IMG/VR virus record: IMGVR_UViG_2548876809_000002
Span: 1-64,000 of that record
Direction: 5' to 3' (one strand)
DNA length: 64,000 nt
Source of the DNA: a virus
Taxonomy: Duplodnaviria > Caudoviricetes
Shown: one piece after another, positions 46,041 through 55,019 of the stretch
Numbering within the stretch: the stretch's first letter is position 1
Layout: every line of letters starts with the position of its first letter
Notes under the pieces: model-generated
The model's database searches: none
What the model was told of the DNA's origin: nothing
What the model saw: the letters and a program-made list of their open reading frames with translations, nothing else
Position numbers and translations under genes: made by a program

Positions 46041-46435
46041 ACCGATGCTCCCGCGCCGGCACGCCGGCAGTAATCGATGAAAGAGAGGTTGCAGTCGGCG
46101 TCGAGCCAGGCCTGATAGCGGCGCTGGCTGCGCGTCAGCTTGGGCGGCGGGGGGCTGTTCGCGGCGACGAACTCCCGGCCCTCGTCGGTGACGAAGAATG
46201 CATCCATGCCGCCATACATCTCGACGTTCGCCCGGCGCTTCATCAAACCGGCCTCGAACAGCGCTATGCAGTGAGGGTGATCGTCGCTCCCGGCACCGGT
46301 GACGAAGTGCGAGCGATATTGGTCACCCTGACCATACTGGTCGACACCGAGGGCGTGCTGCAGGATATGCAGCTGGCGTGCGGCGGCGCCCGCGCGCACC
46401 GTAGGCGCAGAGACGATGATTGGACGATCAGTCAT
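46037..46435 (-). CDS. Hypothetical protein
   Basis: LQHALGVDQYG...YRSHFV...RSQRRY conserved-looking phage ORF. Confidence 0.6.
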   Translation of the reverse strand: MTDRPIIVSAPTVRAGAAARQLHILQHALGVDQYGQGDQYRSHFVTGAGSDDHPHCIALFEAGLMKRRANVEMYGGMDAFFVTDEGREFVAANSPPPPKLTRSQRRYQAWLDADCNLSFIDYCRRAGAGASV

Positions 46436-46721
46436 GACCGATTCCGATGTTGCGGAGTTTGAAATGCCCCTGAAGTTTCAGGGCACGCTTGCCGGCGACC
46501 CGCAATTCGAGGGTATGAAGCGGCGGGTAACGATCACCCGGGCGGCTATCCTCAAGGCGATCGACCTGCCCCTCACCTTCGCGACGCAGGACATCTACGA
46601 CGAGTTCTTCTCCGACATCTGGATGCAGGTGAGGAGCGAGGCTTGGCACAAACGGCCGGAGGGCGGCGCGATCCGCATCGACGTCGAAGACATCAGGGAC
46701 GGGGAGCCGGGCGGAAACTGA
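46434..46721 (+). CDS. Counter-oriented small acidic protein (DUF1488-like)
   Basis: Typical GC3 codon pattern on the + strand inside a minus-strand operon. Confidence 0.55.
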   Translation: MTDSDVAEFEMPLKFQGTLAGDPQFEGMKRRVTITRAAILKAIDLPLTFATQDIYDEFFSDIWMQVRSEAWHKRPEGGAIRIDVEDIRDGEPGGN

Positions 46722-46729
46722 ACCACGCT

Positions 46730-46915
46730 TCACGACGGCATCCCGTCATGCTGGACGCCATTAAGCAGGCGCCCGGCGGCACTATTGTCCGGCCTCCGAA
46801 CAACATGGAACTCGCCGCCACGGCGATCTTCGTCCGCGCGCCTGCGCTTCTCCGCCAAGACGCGTCCGAGCAGGTCATAGTCGTAGCGCTCAAAGCGCGT
46901 ACCCTCGCCGATCAT
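46730..46915 (-). CDS. Hypothetical protein
   Basis: Coupled ORF. Confidence 0.5.
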   Translation of the reverse strand: MIGEGTRFERYDYDLLGRVLAEKRRRADEDRRGGEFHVVRRPDNSAAGRLLNGVQHDGMPS

Positions 46916-47118
46916 AGCGCACCCCGCATACGGACCGGGCCCGTGTCAGGCGTGTGGGGCTTGGCGGCGTCCCAGCGCGTCTCATCGACTTCGAACGGCG
47001 GACGTTCGCGGTTCCGGTGGCGGCAAAGCACCTTCCCGTTGCGCGTTGGCACGGTCGACAGGCGGCGGAGCGGCAGGAAGTGACCGGTGGTCACCTCGAC
47101 GTTGCGATACTGGGCCAT
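46912..47118 (-). CDS. Hypothetical protein
   Basis: Coupled ORF. Confidence 0.5.
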   Translation of the reverse strand: MAQYRNVEVTTGHFLPLRRLSTVPTRNGKVLCRHRNRERPPFEVDETRWDAAKPHTPDTGPVRMRGAL

Positions 47119-47393
47119 CAGCGCACCGCCTGCGCGGCGGGTGCCTGCTGCGCCTGGTGGACGAAGACCGGGAGGGCGTTGAACAGCATCGACGCCACCA
47201 GGATCACGGCGGCGATCAGCACGACCCGCGTCAGAACGAATTCCAGAAGCTCGGCGTTGGCGCGCATCCGATCGTTCTGGCGGCGCGCTGCGCGCTCCTC
47301 GTCAGCTATGCGGAACCAGTCGGCTGGCGTAAGTTCGATCGGCGCGACTTCGCGATCGCGCTGCTGCGCGATGGGGGTGCGGTCCATCTTCAT
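47118..47393 (-). CDS. Hypothetical protein with C-terminal TM helix
   Basis: ATG 47393; hydrophobic C-terminus. Confidence 0.5.
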   Translation of the reverse strand: MKMDRTPIAQQRDREVAPIELTPADWFRIADEERAARRQNDRMRANAELLEFVLTRVVLIAAVILVASMLFNALPVFVHQAQQAPAAQAVR

Positions 47394-47743
47394 ATCGTGG
47401 CATCCGTCCATTTGATCTCGCCCGAGGGCGTGATGATTTTGACACGCCGACCGTCGCGAGATTTCACGAGCAGCGGGCAACGGAGGTAGATCGTCTTGTA
47501 GATGTCCCAGGGGTCGCTGGGGTTCGGCATCAGCAGCGGCACCTGATACGACCAGACCTTCTTGGCGCTGCTGCCGGGCTTCCGCGTCTCGAGCGTGGCG
47601 ATCTGCTCCTTGGTCCAGGGCGAACCCTCGACCGCGGTTCCCTGCCAGACGTCATGCATCGACGGTCGAACCTTGGGCCCGGACTGGAGCGCGATCTTAA
47701 TCTCGAGCGCGGACAGGCGCGGCGTTTCTGCTGCGTCGGTCAT
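47390..47743 (-). CDS. Hypothetical protein
   Basis: Coupled ORF. Confidence 0.55.
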   Translation of the reverse strand: MTDAAETPRLSALEIKIALQSGPKVRPSMHDVWQGTAVEGSPWTKEQIATLETRKPGSSAKKVWSYQVPLLMPNPSDPWDIYKTIYLRCPLLVKSRDGRRVKIITPSGEIKWTDATI

Positions 47744-48177
47744 CAGCCGGAATATCCCGTATAGGCGTGACAGGCACCGCGCGCCGCGGCGTCGAGACGC
47801 AGCGCCTCGCGATAGTCGGCATCAGCGCGGGCGAGCGCAGCCTCGGTCACGCGGACATGCTCGGCGCGGCCCTTACGCTCGGCCTCGAGCGCGACCGTCA
47901 TCTGCCGCGCGCTGGGCTTGCGGTTAATCTTGGAGCGCTTGATCTCGTTGGCGTCGATCGCGAGGATCGCCATGAAGGCATCGCAGTCGAGGCCGATCCG
48001 CTCCGCACGGAGCCCGATCTCAGACGCCAGATCGCGCACATACGCTTTCACCGCAGCCTGCACGTTCAAGTCATTGCGGACCCGCTCGTAACGCAGCTTG
48101 GCCTTCTCTGCCCGCATCCGGGCGAATACCGGGCGAAGCTCTGCGATAGCCAGATCAAGGTCGGGATCACGCGTCAT
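47743..48177 (-). CDS. Hypothetical protein
   Basis: ATGA coupling. Confidence 0.5.
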   Translation of the reverse strand: MTRDPDLDLAIAELRPVFARMRAEKAKLRYERVRNDLNVQAAVKAYVRDLASEIGLRAERIGLDCDAFMAILAIDANEIKRSKINRKPSARQMTVALEAERKGRAEHVRVTEAALARADADYREALRLDAAARGACHAYTGYSG

Positions 48178-48542
48178 CGCGGCGCGCCCTCGACATACGC
48201 CCAGCGCGCGCGGTGCGGCGACGCCTTCGCGTATGCCTTGCCCGCCTCGAAATGGTCGACGCGATACTTCGCCTGCCAAGTGCGCAGGCCGATGCTGTCC
48301 TTCTCCCGGTGCGCGCCCGAGCAGAGCGGCACGGCGTGATAGTCGGGGCTCTTGAGGCCAACGCCTTTCATGCCGTCAGCATCGGAGTGCGACGCTTCCA
48401 TCACGCCGGAGCAGACATGCCCCGCCCGCCCCTCAATCAGGCAGGGGCGCTTCCGCAGCCAAGCAAGGTGGGTCGGGAAACGCCGGTCGGCATCCGCCTT
48501 CATGCTGTTGCGCTGGCGCGGCCGGACATCGACGCGGAACAT
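48174..48542 (-). CDS. DUF968/HNH-like Zn protein
   Basis: HLAWLRKRPC...EASH...AVPLC..AH motif. Confidence 0.65.
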   Translation of the reverse strand: MFRVDVRPRQRNSMKADADRRFPTHLAWLRKRPCLIEGRAGHVCSGVMEASHSDADGMKGVGLKSPDYHAVPLCSGAHREKDSIGLRTWQAKYRVDHFEAGKAYAKASPHRARWAYVEGAPR

Positions 48543-48811
48543 CAGCGCTCGACCAATACGTAATGGGTGATCCCGCACAGGTCGCCGTGGTCACGGTTCC
48601 AGCGGCGCTCCCACGCGCCCGCCCGGCGCGGCGGCTGGAAATAGTCGAACTCGGATTCGAAGACGCACTGGATCTGCACCAGCGTCTGCGGCGGGAGCGG
48701 GCAATCGCCCCCTGCCCATGCGATCGGCTGCGCCTGCTCGGCGTCCAGCCCATCAAGCAACACCTTGTCGGTGACTGCCTTGCTGAAAACTTCGGGTGGT
48801 AGCAGGGCCAC
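48542..48811 (-). CDS. First early-left (pL) gene of B, hypothetical
   Basis: GAGGAG RBS and GTG 48811; WAGGDCPL...ITHY motif. Confidence 0.55.
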   Translation of the reverse strand: MALLPPEVFSKAVTDKVLLDGLDAEQAQPIAWAGGDCPLPPQTLVQIQCVFESEFDYFQPPRRAGAWERRWNRDHGDLCGITHYVLVER

Positions 48812-48874
48812 TTCGATCTCCTCGCCACCTGCATGCCGCACGGCGCGGCTGATCAGGTGGCGAGGAGAACTTTA

Positions 48875-48920
48875 TGCGGGGAGTTTCCCGCAGTCAATAG
48901 GAGCGCGGGATGTTTCCCGC
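48875..48920. promoter_or_regulatory. OL operators (GCGGG-N6-CCCGC x2) and pL of B
   Basis: 48876-91 and 48905-20; minus strand TTGACT(48897)-N17-TAAAGT(48874). Confidence 0.7.
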
Positions 48921-48927
48921 TTTTTTA

Positions 48928-49266
48928 TCAGCTGGAGGCCTTCAGGCCCACGCATTGTTTCCAAATTCCGCCAATCGTGCCGAACTTTTTGCGCCACTCC
49001 ACGCGGCTGCCTGCACCTTCGGGGATCACCGTGAAGGCCATCGAAACGCCTCCATAGCCATTCTTGATCAGGACGACCTTGGACCCGTTGTCTTGGTCCA
49101 AGGCGGCCGTGTTATTCTTGTTCGCAAGGCAGAACGCGACCTTGTTGGCCGAGTCTTGCGAATGAAATGTCTCGGTGACCGGGCCATTCAAGACGGTTTG
49201 CGTAGAGGCGCAACCTGCCAAAAGAGCCGCTGCCCCCAGCGTACCCAAAACTAGGACCTTCATCAT
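48928..49266 (-). CDS. Lipoprotein downstream of cI (superinfection-exclusion candidate)
   Basis: Lipobox LAGC; co-oriented with cI; visibly AT-richer. Confidence 0.7.
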   Translation of the reverse strand: MMKVLVLGTLGAAALLAGCASTQTVLNGPVTETFHSQDSANKVAFCLANKNNTAALDQDNGSKVVLIKNGYGGVSMAFTVIPEGAGSRVEWRKKFGTIGGIWKQCVGLKASS

Positions 49267-49302
49267 ATTCCCCCGTTTCACCTCGCACAGCGCGAGGCAT
49301 TC

Positions 49303-50028
49303 CTACATCCCGAAAGCCTCATCCCAGGGCATGACCCGGTGGACCTCCCGGTAAAGCCTCGAATCCAACCTGAAGATTGCTGGCGGATTGAATTGCTCGA
49401 GCTCGATATACGTTGCGGACCGACGCACCAGTCGCTTGATAAGCACGCCCGCGGCATCTGCGCCATCGGTACGATCTCGCAGGTAAACAACGACATAATC
49501 CCGCATATTTGGCGGGCGCTTAGGGTCGACGATGATCCCTTGACCGCTCTCGTATGCTGGCTCCATCGAAACGCCGGCGACGTACAGGCCATAGATATCG
49601 CGTCGGTTCATCAGGTTGGGTGGCCGCCGGAAACGGTCCACCACTTCTGCCATGTTCAGATCGGTTTGTTCGATCGCGAGGCTTCCATCGAAATCGCCAC
49701 TGAACTGCTGTTCCCCGCCCAACGCGGTGCCGTACACAGGTATATCCTGAAGCATATCCTGTGGTTCGGGGATCAATGCTCGGATCTCGCTCGAAGGCTC
49801 AAGTCCGGCCCCTGGTTGATCAGTGGTGCCTTGCAGGTAATCAACAGTGGTTTCGAGAACCCCAGCGAGAGCTTGCAAGCGAGACGCAAGTGGTCGAGCA
49901 CCACGCCGAATATCACGTATTAGGTCCGGCTTGCCCACTGCCGTAAGTGACGCTTTGCGATCACTCACGCCGAGCGCGTTCAGTCGCTCGTCGATTCGAT
50001 CTATGAGAACGATATTCGGTTCAGCCAT
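49303..50028 (-). CDS. cI: CI repressor (HTH + S24 peptidase)
   Basis: GVSMEP and LIKRL S24 motifs; divergent from cro; operator overlaps the start codon. Confidence 0.88.
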   Translation of the reverse strand: MAEPNIVLIDRIDERLNALGVSDRKASLTAVGKPDLIRDIRRGARPLASRLQALAGVLETTVDYLQGTTDQPGAGLEPSSEIRALIPEPQDMLQDIPVYGTALGGEQQFSGDFDGSLAIEQTDLNMAEVVDRFRRPPNLMNRRDIYGLYVAGVSMEPAYESGQGIIVDPKRPPNMRDYVVVYLRDRTDGADAAGVLIKRLVRRSATYIELEQFNPPAIFRLDSRLYREVHRVMPWDEAFGM

Positions 50029-50103
50029 GCGGGCTTCCTCCCGCAAACCGACCGAAAACGCATGCGGGAAGTTTCCCTTGACAGGTGCGGGACGCGGCCC
50101 GCA
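50028..50103. promoter_or_regulatory. OR operators (TGCGGG-N6-CCCGCA) and pR of B
   Basis: 50028-45, 50063-77 (partial), 50086-103; TTGACA at 50078. Confidence 0.7.
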
Positions 50104-50133
50104 TATAGGCGTTGCAATCACGAGAGCGACGCA

Positions 50134-50343
50134 ATGCCAGAGACGCCATTCCTTGCCGACGTAGACCGATTTCTCGCCGCTTCGAGGATGGCTGAAAGCG
50201 CGTTCGGTCGCGCCGCGGTAAACGACTGGAAGTTCATTTCCCAGTTGCGTGCTGGCCGCCGGGTATGGCCCGAGACCGAGGCGAAGGTTCGGAAGTTCAT
50301 GGCTTCATATCGTCCGGCCAACCAAGAGCGGGAGGCGGCATGA
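50134..50343 (+). CDS. cro: Cro-like protein
   Basis: FLAASRMAESAFGRAAVND..ISQLRAGR; divergent from cI. Confidence 0.75.
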   Translation: MPETPFLADVDRFLAASRMAESAFGRAAVNDWKFISQLRAGRRVWPETEAKVRKFMASYRPANQEREAA

Positions 50344-50531
50344 CGCACGCCGAGGACATCGCTCGCGGCGACGCGGAGATCGCCGCGCTCGTGGCGAAGC
50401 TCGACACCGTCCCCGGTACGCGCTGTGCCGTGTGCCGGCTCCCCGTCTGCGGGCACTCCGACGCGGAATATGCCGGTGTCGTTTGTCTCAAGGCGGATCA
50501 TCAACTTCATGCAGAGAGCGATAAGGCATGA
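50340..50531 (+). CDS. Small Cys/His hypothetical protein
   Basis: ATGA coupling; CAVC...CGH. Confidence 0.5.
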   Translation: MTHAEDIARGDAEIAALVAKLDTVPGTRCAVCRLPVCGHSDAEYAGVVCLKADHQLHAESDKA

Positions 50532-51004
50532 GCCTCGACCAGTCCGCGAATTTGCCGCCCCTCATTTCCCGCGAGCGCGGCCATGACGCAGTGCGCGATG
50601 CGCTGCGCCTCTTCATCGGTCGCGGTCGTCGCTATTCGGTCAAGCAGGTCTCGAACGCCACGGGCGTGAAGGATCGGGTGATCGAATGCGCGATGACCCT
50701 CGCGGCGGATCCCGAGTGCCGGTCCATTCACATTGGCGACTTGCTATCGATCGCGGGCTTCCTCGGCCCCGAGTTCACGACCGAGTGGCTGCTGCTCGCG
50801 CAACAGGCCGCGGTCGCGCTCCCCGATGCCGACGAGCCCGGGCCCGGACAGCTGGCGGCCGACGTTGCCGACGACACAGCGACGATCGTGCGCGCAGCCC
50901 GCGACGGTGTTTTTGATCGGGAGGAGCGGCGCGACCTGAAAGCGGTCGGTGCCCGGATGATTTTGCACGGCGGGGCGCTCGTACAGCTTCGCGCCATAGG
51001 TTGA
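50528..51004 (+). CDS. CII-like regulator
   Basis: Post-cro position; HTH plus DGVFDREERRDL motif. Confidence 0.6.
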   Translation: MSLDQSANLPPLISRERGHDAVRDALRLFIGRGRRYSVKQVSNATGVKDRVIECAMTLAADPECRSIHIGDLLSIAGFLGPEFTTEWLLLAQQAAVALPDADEPGPGQLAADVADDTATIVRAARDGVFDREERRDLKAVGARMILHGGALVQLRAIG

Positions 51005-51041
51005 GGATCAACGCCGGGGCGACCGGCAGGGAGTAACGACA

Positions 51042-51239
51042 ATGCCGAACACCATCAGGGTGGTGGCGACGAAGGTCGCTTCTACCGGAGAGAAACTGCG
51101 CCCGGCGGCTGTGCTGCCGATGTCGCGTATCATCATCACCGGCGGCGAGTGCTTCGGCTTCATGCCGATCAGCGACGTCCGCAAGGTCCCGGTTTCGCGC
51201 GTGCTGCGAATGAACCGCCTGATCCAAGGCGCTGTATAA
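51042..51239 (+). CDS. Hypothetical protein
   Basis: GGGAG RBS. Confidence 0.5.
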   Translation: MPNTIRVVATKVASTGEKLRPAAVLPMSRIIITGGECFGFMPISDVRKVPVSRVLRMNRLIQGAV

Positions 51240-51418
51240 TGGCTGACCAGCTCGACCAAGCTGCCGAGATCACCGATCTCTACCTGCAGCGCAGCATCCG
51301 CGCCGCGCGCCAGCCCGTCCCAGTCGGCGTGCCCGGCGAGTGCGAGACCTGCTTTGAGGACAGCCCCCGCCTGGTCGGCGGATGCTGTGCCCCTTGCCGC
51401 GATGGGAAGCGCCGATGA
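51239..51418 (+). CDS. TraR/DksA-like C4 Zn-finger protein
   Basis: MADQLDQAAE...CETC...CAPC. Confidence 0.65.
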   Translation: MADQLDQAAEITDLYLQRSIRAARQPVPVGVPGECETCFEDSPRLVGGCCAPCRDGKRR

Positions 51419-51942
51419 CGCGCGCATGCTCCGATTGTGCTGGCCCGATCAGCCGCTGCTCGAAAGGCCGCTGCCGTGCGTGCGCAACCGCGCGCCTCAA
51501 TAGTGACCCCGCGATCATTGCGCGTCGCCATGCCGCCATCAGCGCGGCGGCGGCGAAGCCTGGGGCAAACGATGCGAGGAAGGCCTCGCTCGCGCGCTAC
51601 ATCGCGAACATGCCGGAGGCCGAGGTCGAGCGGCGCCGCGCCAACGGTCGCCGTCTCGCGCGCGACGTGCTCAGCCGCCCCGAGGTGAAGGCAAAGGCGT
51701 CATCGGCAGAGGTCCGCGCCCGCGCCGGGCGGGCGAAGACCGAGACCATGCTCGGCTGGTGCCCACCCGCGTTGCGCGAGTCCTATCGGCACCTGCTCAA
51801 GAAGGGATACCTCGCCGCGGACGCCCGCCGGATGATCGAGGCCGAGATCCCGGAGACGGCGGCGCACACTAAGCGAGTGCTCGCCAATCACCGCGACGTT
51901 CAGCGCATCCGCGCCGAGCGTGAGCAGGCGCAGGCATACTGA
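51415..51942 (+). CDS. Basic Zn-finger hypothetical protein
   Basis: CSDC...CRAC N-terminus; Arg/Ala-rich. Confidence 0.55.
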   Translation: MTRACSDCAGPISRCSKGRCRACATARLNSDPAIIARRHAAISAAAAKPGANDARKASLARYIANMPEAEVERRRANGRRLARDVLSRPEVKAKASSAEVRARAGRAKTETMLGWCPPALRESYRHLLKKGYLAADARRMIEAEIPETAAHTKRVLANHRDVQRIRAEREQAQAY

Positions 51943-53105
51943 TGACCGCCGCGCAGATCCTCATCGGTGACGTCCGCGAGCAGCTGGCGCGAATCCCGTC
52001 GAATTCGGTCGACTGTTGCGTGACATCGCCGCCGTATTGGGGGCTGCGCGACTATGGCGTGATCGGACAGATCGGGCTCGAGCCGACGCTCGGCGAGCAC
52101 CTCGCCGTGATGGTCGAGGTGTTTCGCGAGGTTCGCCGGGTCCTGAAAGCACAGGGCACCTGCTGGCTGAACTATGGCGACTGCTATGCGGCGGCACCGA
52201 ACGGGAAGTCGGTAGAAGCCTATAAGGCCGACGGCAGCGATGACCGCACGTTCCGCGACAAGCCGTTCTCGACGGTTGGGCCGATCTACGATCCGAACCA
52301 CCAAGGCGGCCGGAACAAGACACCAAACATCGGCGGCATCAGTGGAAAGGGTCAAGCTCCCTCCCGCGGTGCGATCGTCGCCGGTGGGTTCCTGAAGCCG
52401 AAGGATCTCTGCATGATCCCTAACCGGCTCGCGATCGCCTTGCAGGATGACGGTTGGTACGTCCGCTCGGAGATCATCTGGCACAAGCCGAACCCGATGC
52501 CGGAGAGCGTGTACGACCGCCCGACGACCGCGCACGAGAAGATCTGGCTCCTGAGCAAGGGTGAGGACTACTTCTACAACCACGCCGCAATTCGGGAGCC
52601 GGTGACCGGTGGTGCCCATGCCCGCCGTCCAGGACCGAACAGCCGTCAGAACGTCGACCGCGTGCCGGTGCCTCGTAAGGGCAAGACAGCAGCAGCTGGT
52701 AGCGGCATTCGCAACAACGAGAGTTTCTCAGCTGCGGTGGCCGACATCGTCAGCGACACGAAGAACGCGCGCAACGTGTGGACGATCGCGCCGAAGCCGT
52801 TCCGTGAAGCCCACTTCGCGACATTCCCGCCAGCGTTAGCCGAGCGATGCGTGAAGGCCGGATGCCCAACGACGGTCTGCGGTTACTGCGGCGCGACCGA
52901 CGGCTGCGGTGCGATTTGCGCAACGTTCGACCGCAAGCCAGGCGTCGTGCTCGATCCCTTCGGCGGCGCTGGGACGGTCGGGCTCGTCGCGGAAGAAATG
53001 GGGCTCGGCTCCATCCTGATCGAGCTTAACCCTGAATACGCCGCGATCGCTGATCGCCGGATCGCCGAGGCGCGCACACCAATCACCAAGGGAGAACGAC
53101 CATGA
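51942..53105 (+). CDS. Solitary DNA methyltransferase (beta class, N4-C/N6-A)
   Basis: TSPPYW motif IV precedes LDPFGGAGT motif I. Confidence 0.92.
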   Translation: MTAAQILIGDVREQLARIPSNSVDCCVTSPPYWGLRDYGVIGQIGLEPTLGEHLAVMVEVFREVRRVLKAQGTCWLNYGDCYAAAPNGKSVEAYKADGSDDRTFRDKPFSTVGPIYDPNHQGGRNKTPNIGGISGKGQAPSRGAIVAGGFLKPKDLCMIPNRLAIALQDDGWYVRSEIIWHKPNPMPESVYDRPTTAHEKIWLLSKGEDYFYNHAAIREPVTGGAHARRPGPNSRQNVDRVPVPRKGKTAAAGSGIRNNESFSAAVADIVSDTKNARNVWTIAPKPFREAHFATFPPALAERCVKAGCPTTVCGYCGATDGCGAICATFDRKPGVVLDPFGGAGTVGLVAEEMGLGSILIELNPEYAAIADRRIAEARTPITKGERP

Positions 53106-53905
53106 GCGACGTGATCGCATCCGACCAATTGCGCCTCCTGATCGAGCGCATTGAGCGGCTCGAAGAAGAGAAGAAAGGCATCGCTGACGACATCAAGGAT
53201 GTCTACGGCGAGGCGAAATCGACTGGGTTTGACGTAAAGACAATCCGTGCGATCATCCAGCTGCGCAAGATGGACGTCAACTCGCGCCGCGAAGCCGAAG
53301 CTTTGCTGGATACCTACAAGGCCGCGCTCGGGATGCTCGACGGCACCCCCTTGGGCCACTGGGCGCTCGAACGTCTTTCGAAGAAGCCTGACGATCAAAT
53401 CGGGGCCGAAGAGGATGCATCGACAGCCGACGGCGAGACCTACGACGCCGCGGTAAAGCTGGTGCTCACCAGCCGCAAAGCCGCGGTATCATGGCTGCAG
53501 CGCCAGTTGCGTATCGGATATAATTCCGCCGCACGGCTTGTTGAGCGGATGCAAACGGAAGGCTTGGTATCTGCACCGGATCATATCGGCCGCCGGGAAG
53601 TCATTGCACCCGCGCCGGAAGGCACCGACGCGGCTGAAACGGCCGATGTGACCGAGCCTGTAGCGCCTGAACCTACAGTCGAAGACGCCAGCGTGATAGG
53701 TCAAGAAGCGGCGCGGGCAGGTGCTCCGGTCACCGCGAACCCCTTCCCTGCACGCGACGTCCGGCGCGCAGCATGGGACGAAGCATGGTGCAAAGAATTG
53801 GGCAGCGATGGAATGGACATTCCTGATGCGCTGAAGCCGGCGGCTAAGCCCAAGAAGGAGGACGGTTCGGCACCCGCCGATGAGCCCAAGGCGGCGGGGC
53901 AATGA
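53102..53905 (+). CDS. GapR/DUF2312 - FtsK gamma - RMF-like fusion protein
   Basis: [27 protein letters not shown]; [21 protein letters not shown]; GQEAA...NPF...AWDEAW. Confidence 0.85.
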   Translation: MSDVIASDQLRLLIERIERLEEEKKGIADDIKDVYGEAKSTGFDVKTIRAIIQLRKMDVNSRREAEALLDTYKAALGMLDGTPLGHWALERLSKKPDDQIGAEEDASTADGETYDAAVKLVLTSRKAAVSWLQRQLRIGYNSAARLVERMQTEGLVSAPDHIGRREVIAPAPEGTDAAETADVTEPVAPEPTVEDASVIGQEAARAGAPVTANPFPARDVRRAAWDEAWCKELGSDGMDIPDALKPAAKPKKEDGSAPADEPKAAGQ

Positions 53906-54804
53906 CGGCGGCGAACTCGACCGAACGGGAAAGCCTTGAGGCGGCACTTGGCGGGAGTGGCCAGGTCGTCATGCCCGGTGATGCGCAGTCCCCGATCCTG
54001 ACGGCACCGGTGCGCGCTGCGCTCCATCAGTGGCTCTTCGAGATGAACGCTGAGGACGAACTTGCAGAAGTCGGGCTCAAGCCGCGTAGTCGGTGCCTGC
54101 TCTCCGGGCCGCCAGGTTGCGGAAAGACCACCCTTGCTCATCACATCGCGGCGCGCCTCGGCGTTCCAATGCTGATTGTTCAGAGTCACGAGATCATCAG
54201 CAAATGGAAGGGCGAGACCGGACAGAATGTCGGCAAGCTGTTCCGCGAAGCACGGCGGCAGCATGGCGGCATTGCGCTGTTCTTCGATGAGTTCGACGCA
54301 ATCGGTACCAAGCGCGAAAACATGAGCGGCTCCGGCGCTGATAACGAGCGCGCCGCGACCACGATTGCGCTTCTTCAAGAGTTTGATCGCTTCGACGGCC
54401 TGCTGTTCGCCGCGACAAACGTGACGGGGGCGATCGACCCGGCGCTTTGGCGCAGGTTTCAGATGCAGATCGAGATTGGCATGCCTGGCCCTGCGGAGCG
54501 GTTCGCGATCGTACGCATGTACGTGGAACCGTTTGCCGTAACTGACGAAACCGTCACGGCCATTGCGGACGCCCTTTCCGGCGCATCCCCGGCGCTGATT
54601 CGGGAAGGCTGCGAGATGATCAAGCGCAGCATTATCCTCGGACCAAAAATGAACCTTCCGACCGATCTGACATCGATCATGGAGCGGTTTGGCAACAGCG
54701 CGTCGCCTCCGGAAGGCATGCCAGTGCCGTGCCTTTGGTCAGATCGTCGCGGCGCATTGAACGACCTGCGCCGCGCACCATGGCCGCCGGAGCGCCGGAC
54801 ATGA
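53902..54804 (+). CDS. AAA+ ATPase
   Basis: [27 protein letters not shown]. Confidence 0.9.
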   Translation: MTAANSTERESLEAALGGSGQVVMPGDAQSPILTAPVRAALHQWLFEMNAEDELAEVGLKPRSRCLLSGPPGCGKTTLAHHIAARLGVPMLIVQSHEIISKWKGETGQNVGKLFREARRQHGGIALFFDEFDAIGTKRENMSGSGADNERAATTIALLQEFDRFDGLLFAATNVTGAIDPALWRRFQMQIEIGMPGPAERFAIVRMYVEPFAVTDETVTAIADALSGASPALIREGCEMIKRSIILGPKMNLPTDLTSIMERFGNSASPPEGMPVPCLWSDRRGALNDLRRAPWPPERRT

Positions 54805-55016
54805 AGAGCTGGATAGCGAAACTGGTGCGCGGCCGACGCTCTTCGGTGTCGGTGGATGAGCGTATTCTTATCCTCGACAGCATGCTCGAGCAGCGGTTGC
54901 AGTCGAGGAAAGCTGACCGCGGTGTGCGCCAGGAACGCTCGCGTCGCGCTGCCGCAACAAAGGTGCATGCACAGGTCGCCCGCGACCCGCTGCTGCGCGA
55001 GCAGGTAGGATTCTAG
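54801..55016 (+). CDS. Hypothetical protein
   Basis: ATGA coupling. Confidence 0.5.
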   Translation: MKSWIAKLVRGRRSSVSVDERILILDSMLEQRLQSRKADRGVRQERSRRAAATKVHAQVARDPLLREQVGF

Positions 55017-55019
55017 TCG

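Noticed and set aside
50109-50132. 7-bp hairpin in the cro leader of B as a third anti-SD switch
   Set aside because: Short, includes a G-U pair and leaves most of the RBS in the loop; too weak to claim
53400-53610. Host ftsK gene
   Set aside because: Only the gamma domain, embedded in a phage early operon; no motor or membrane domains
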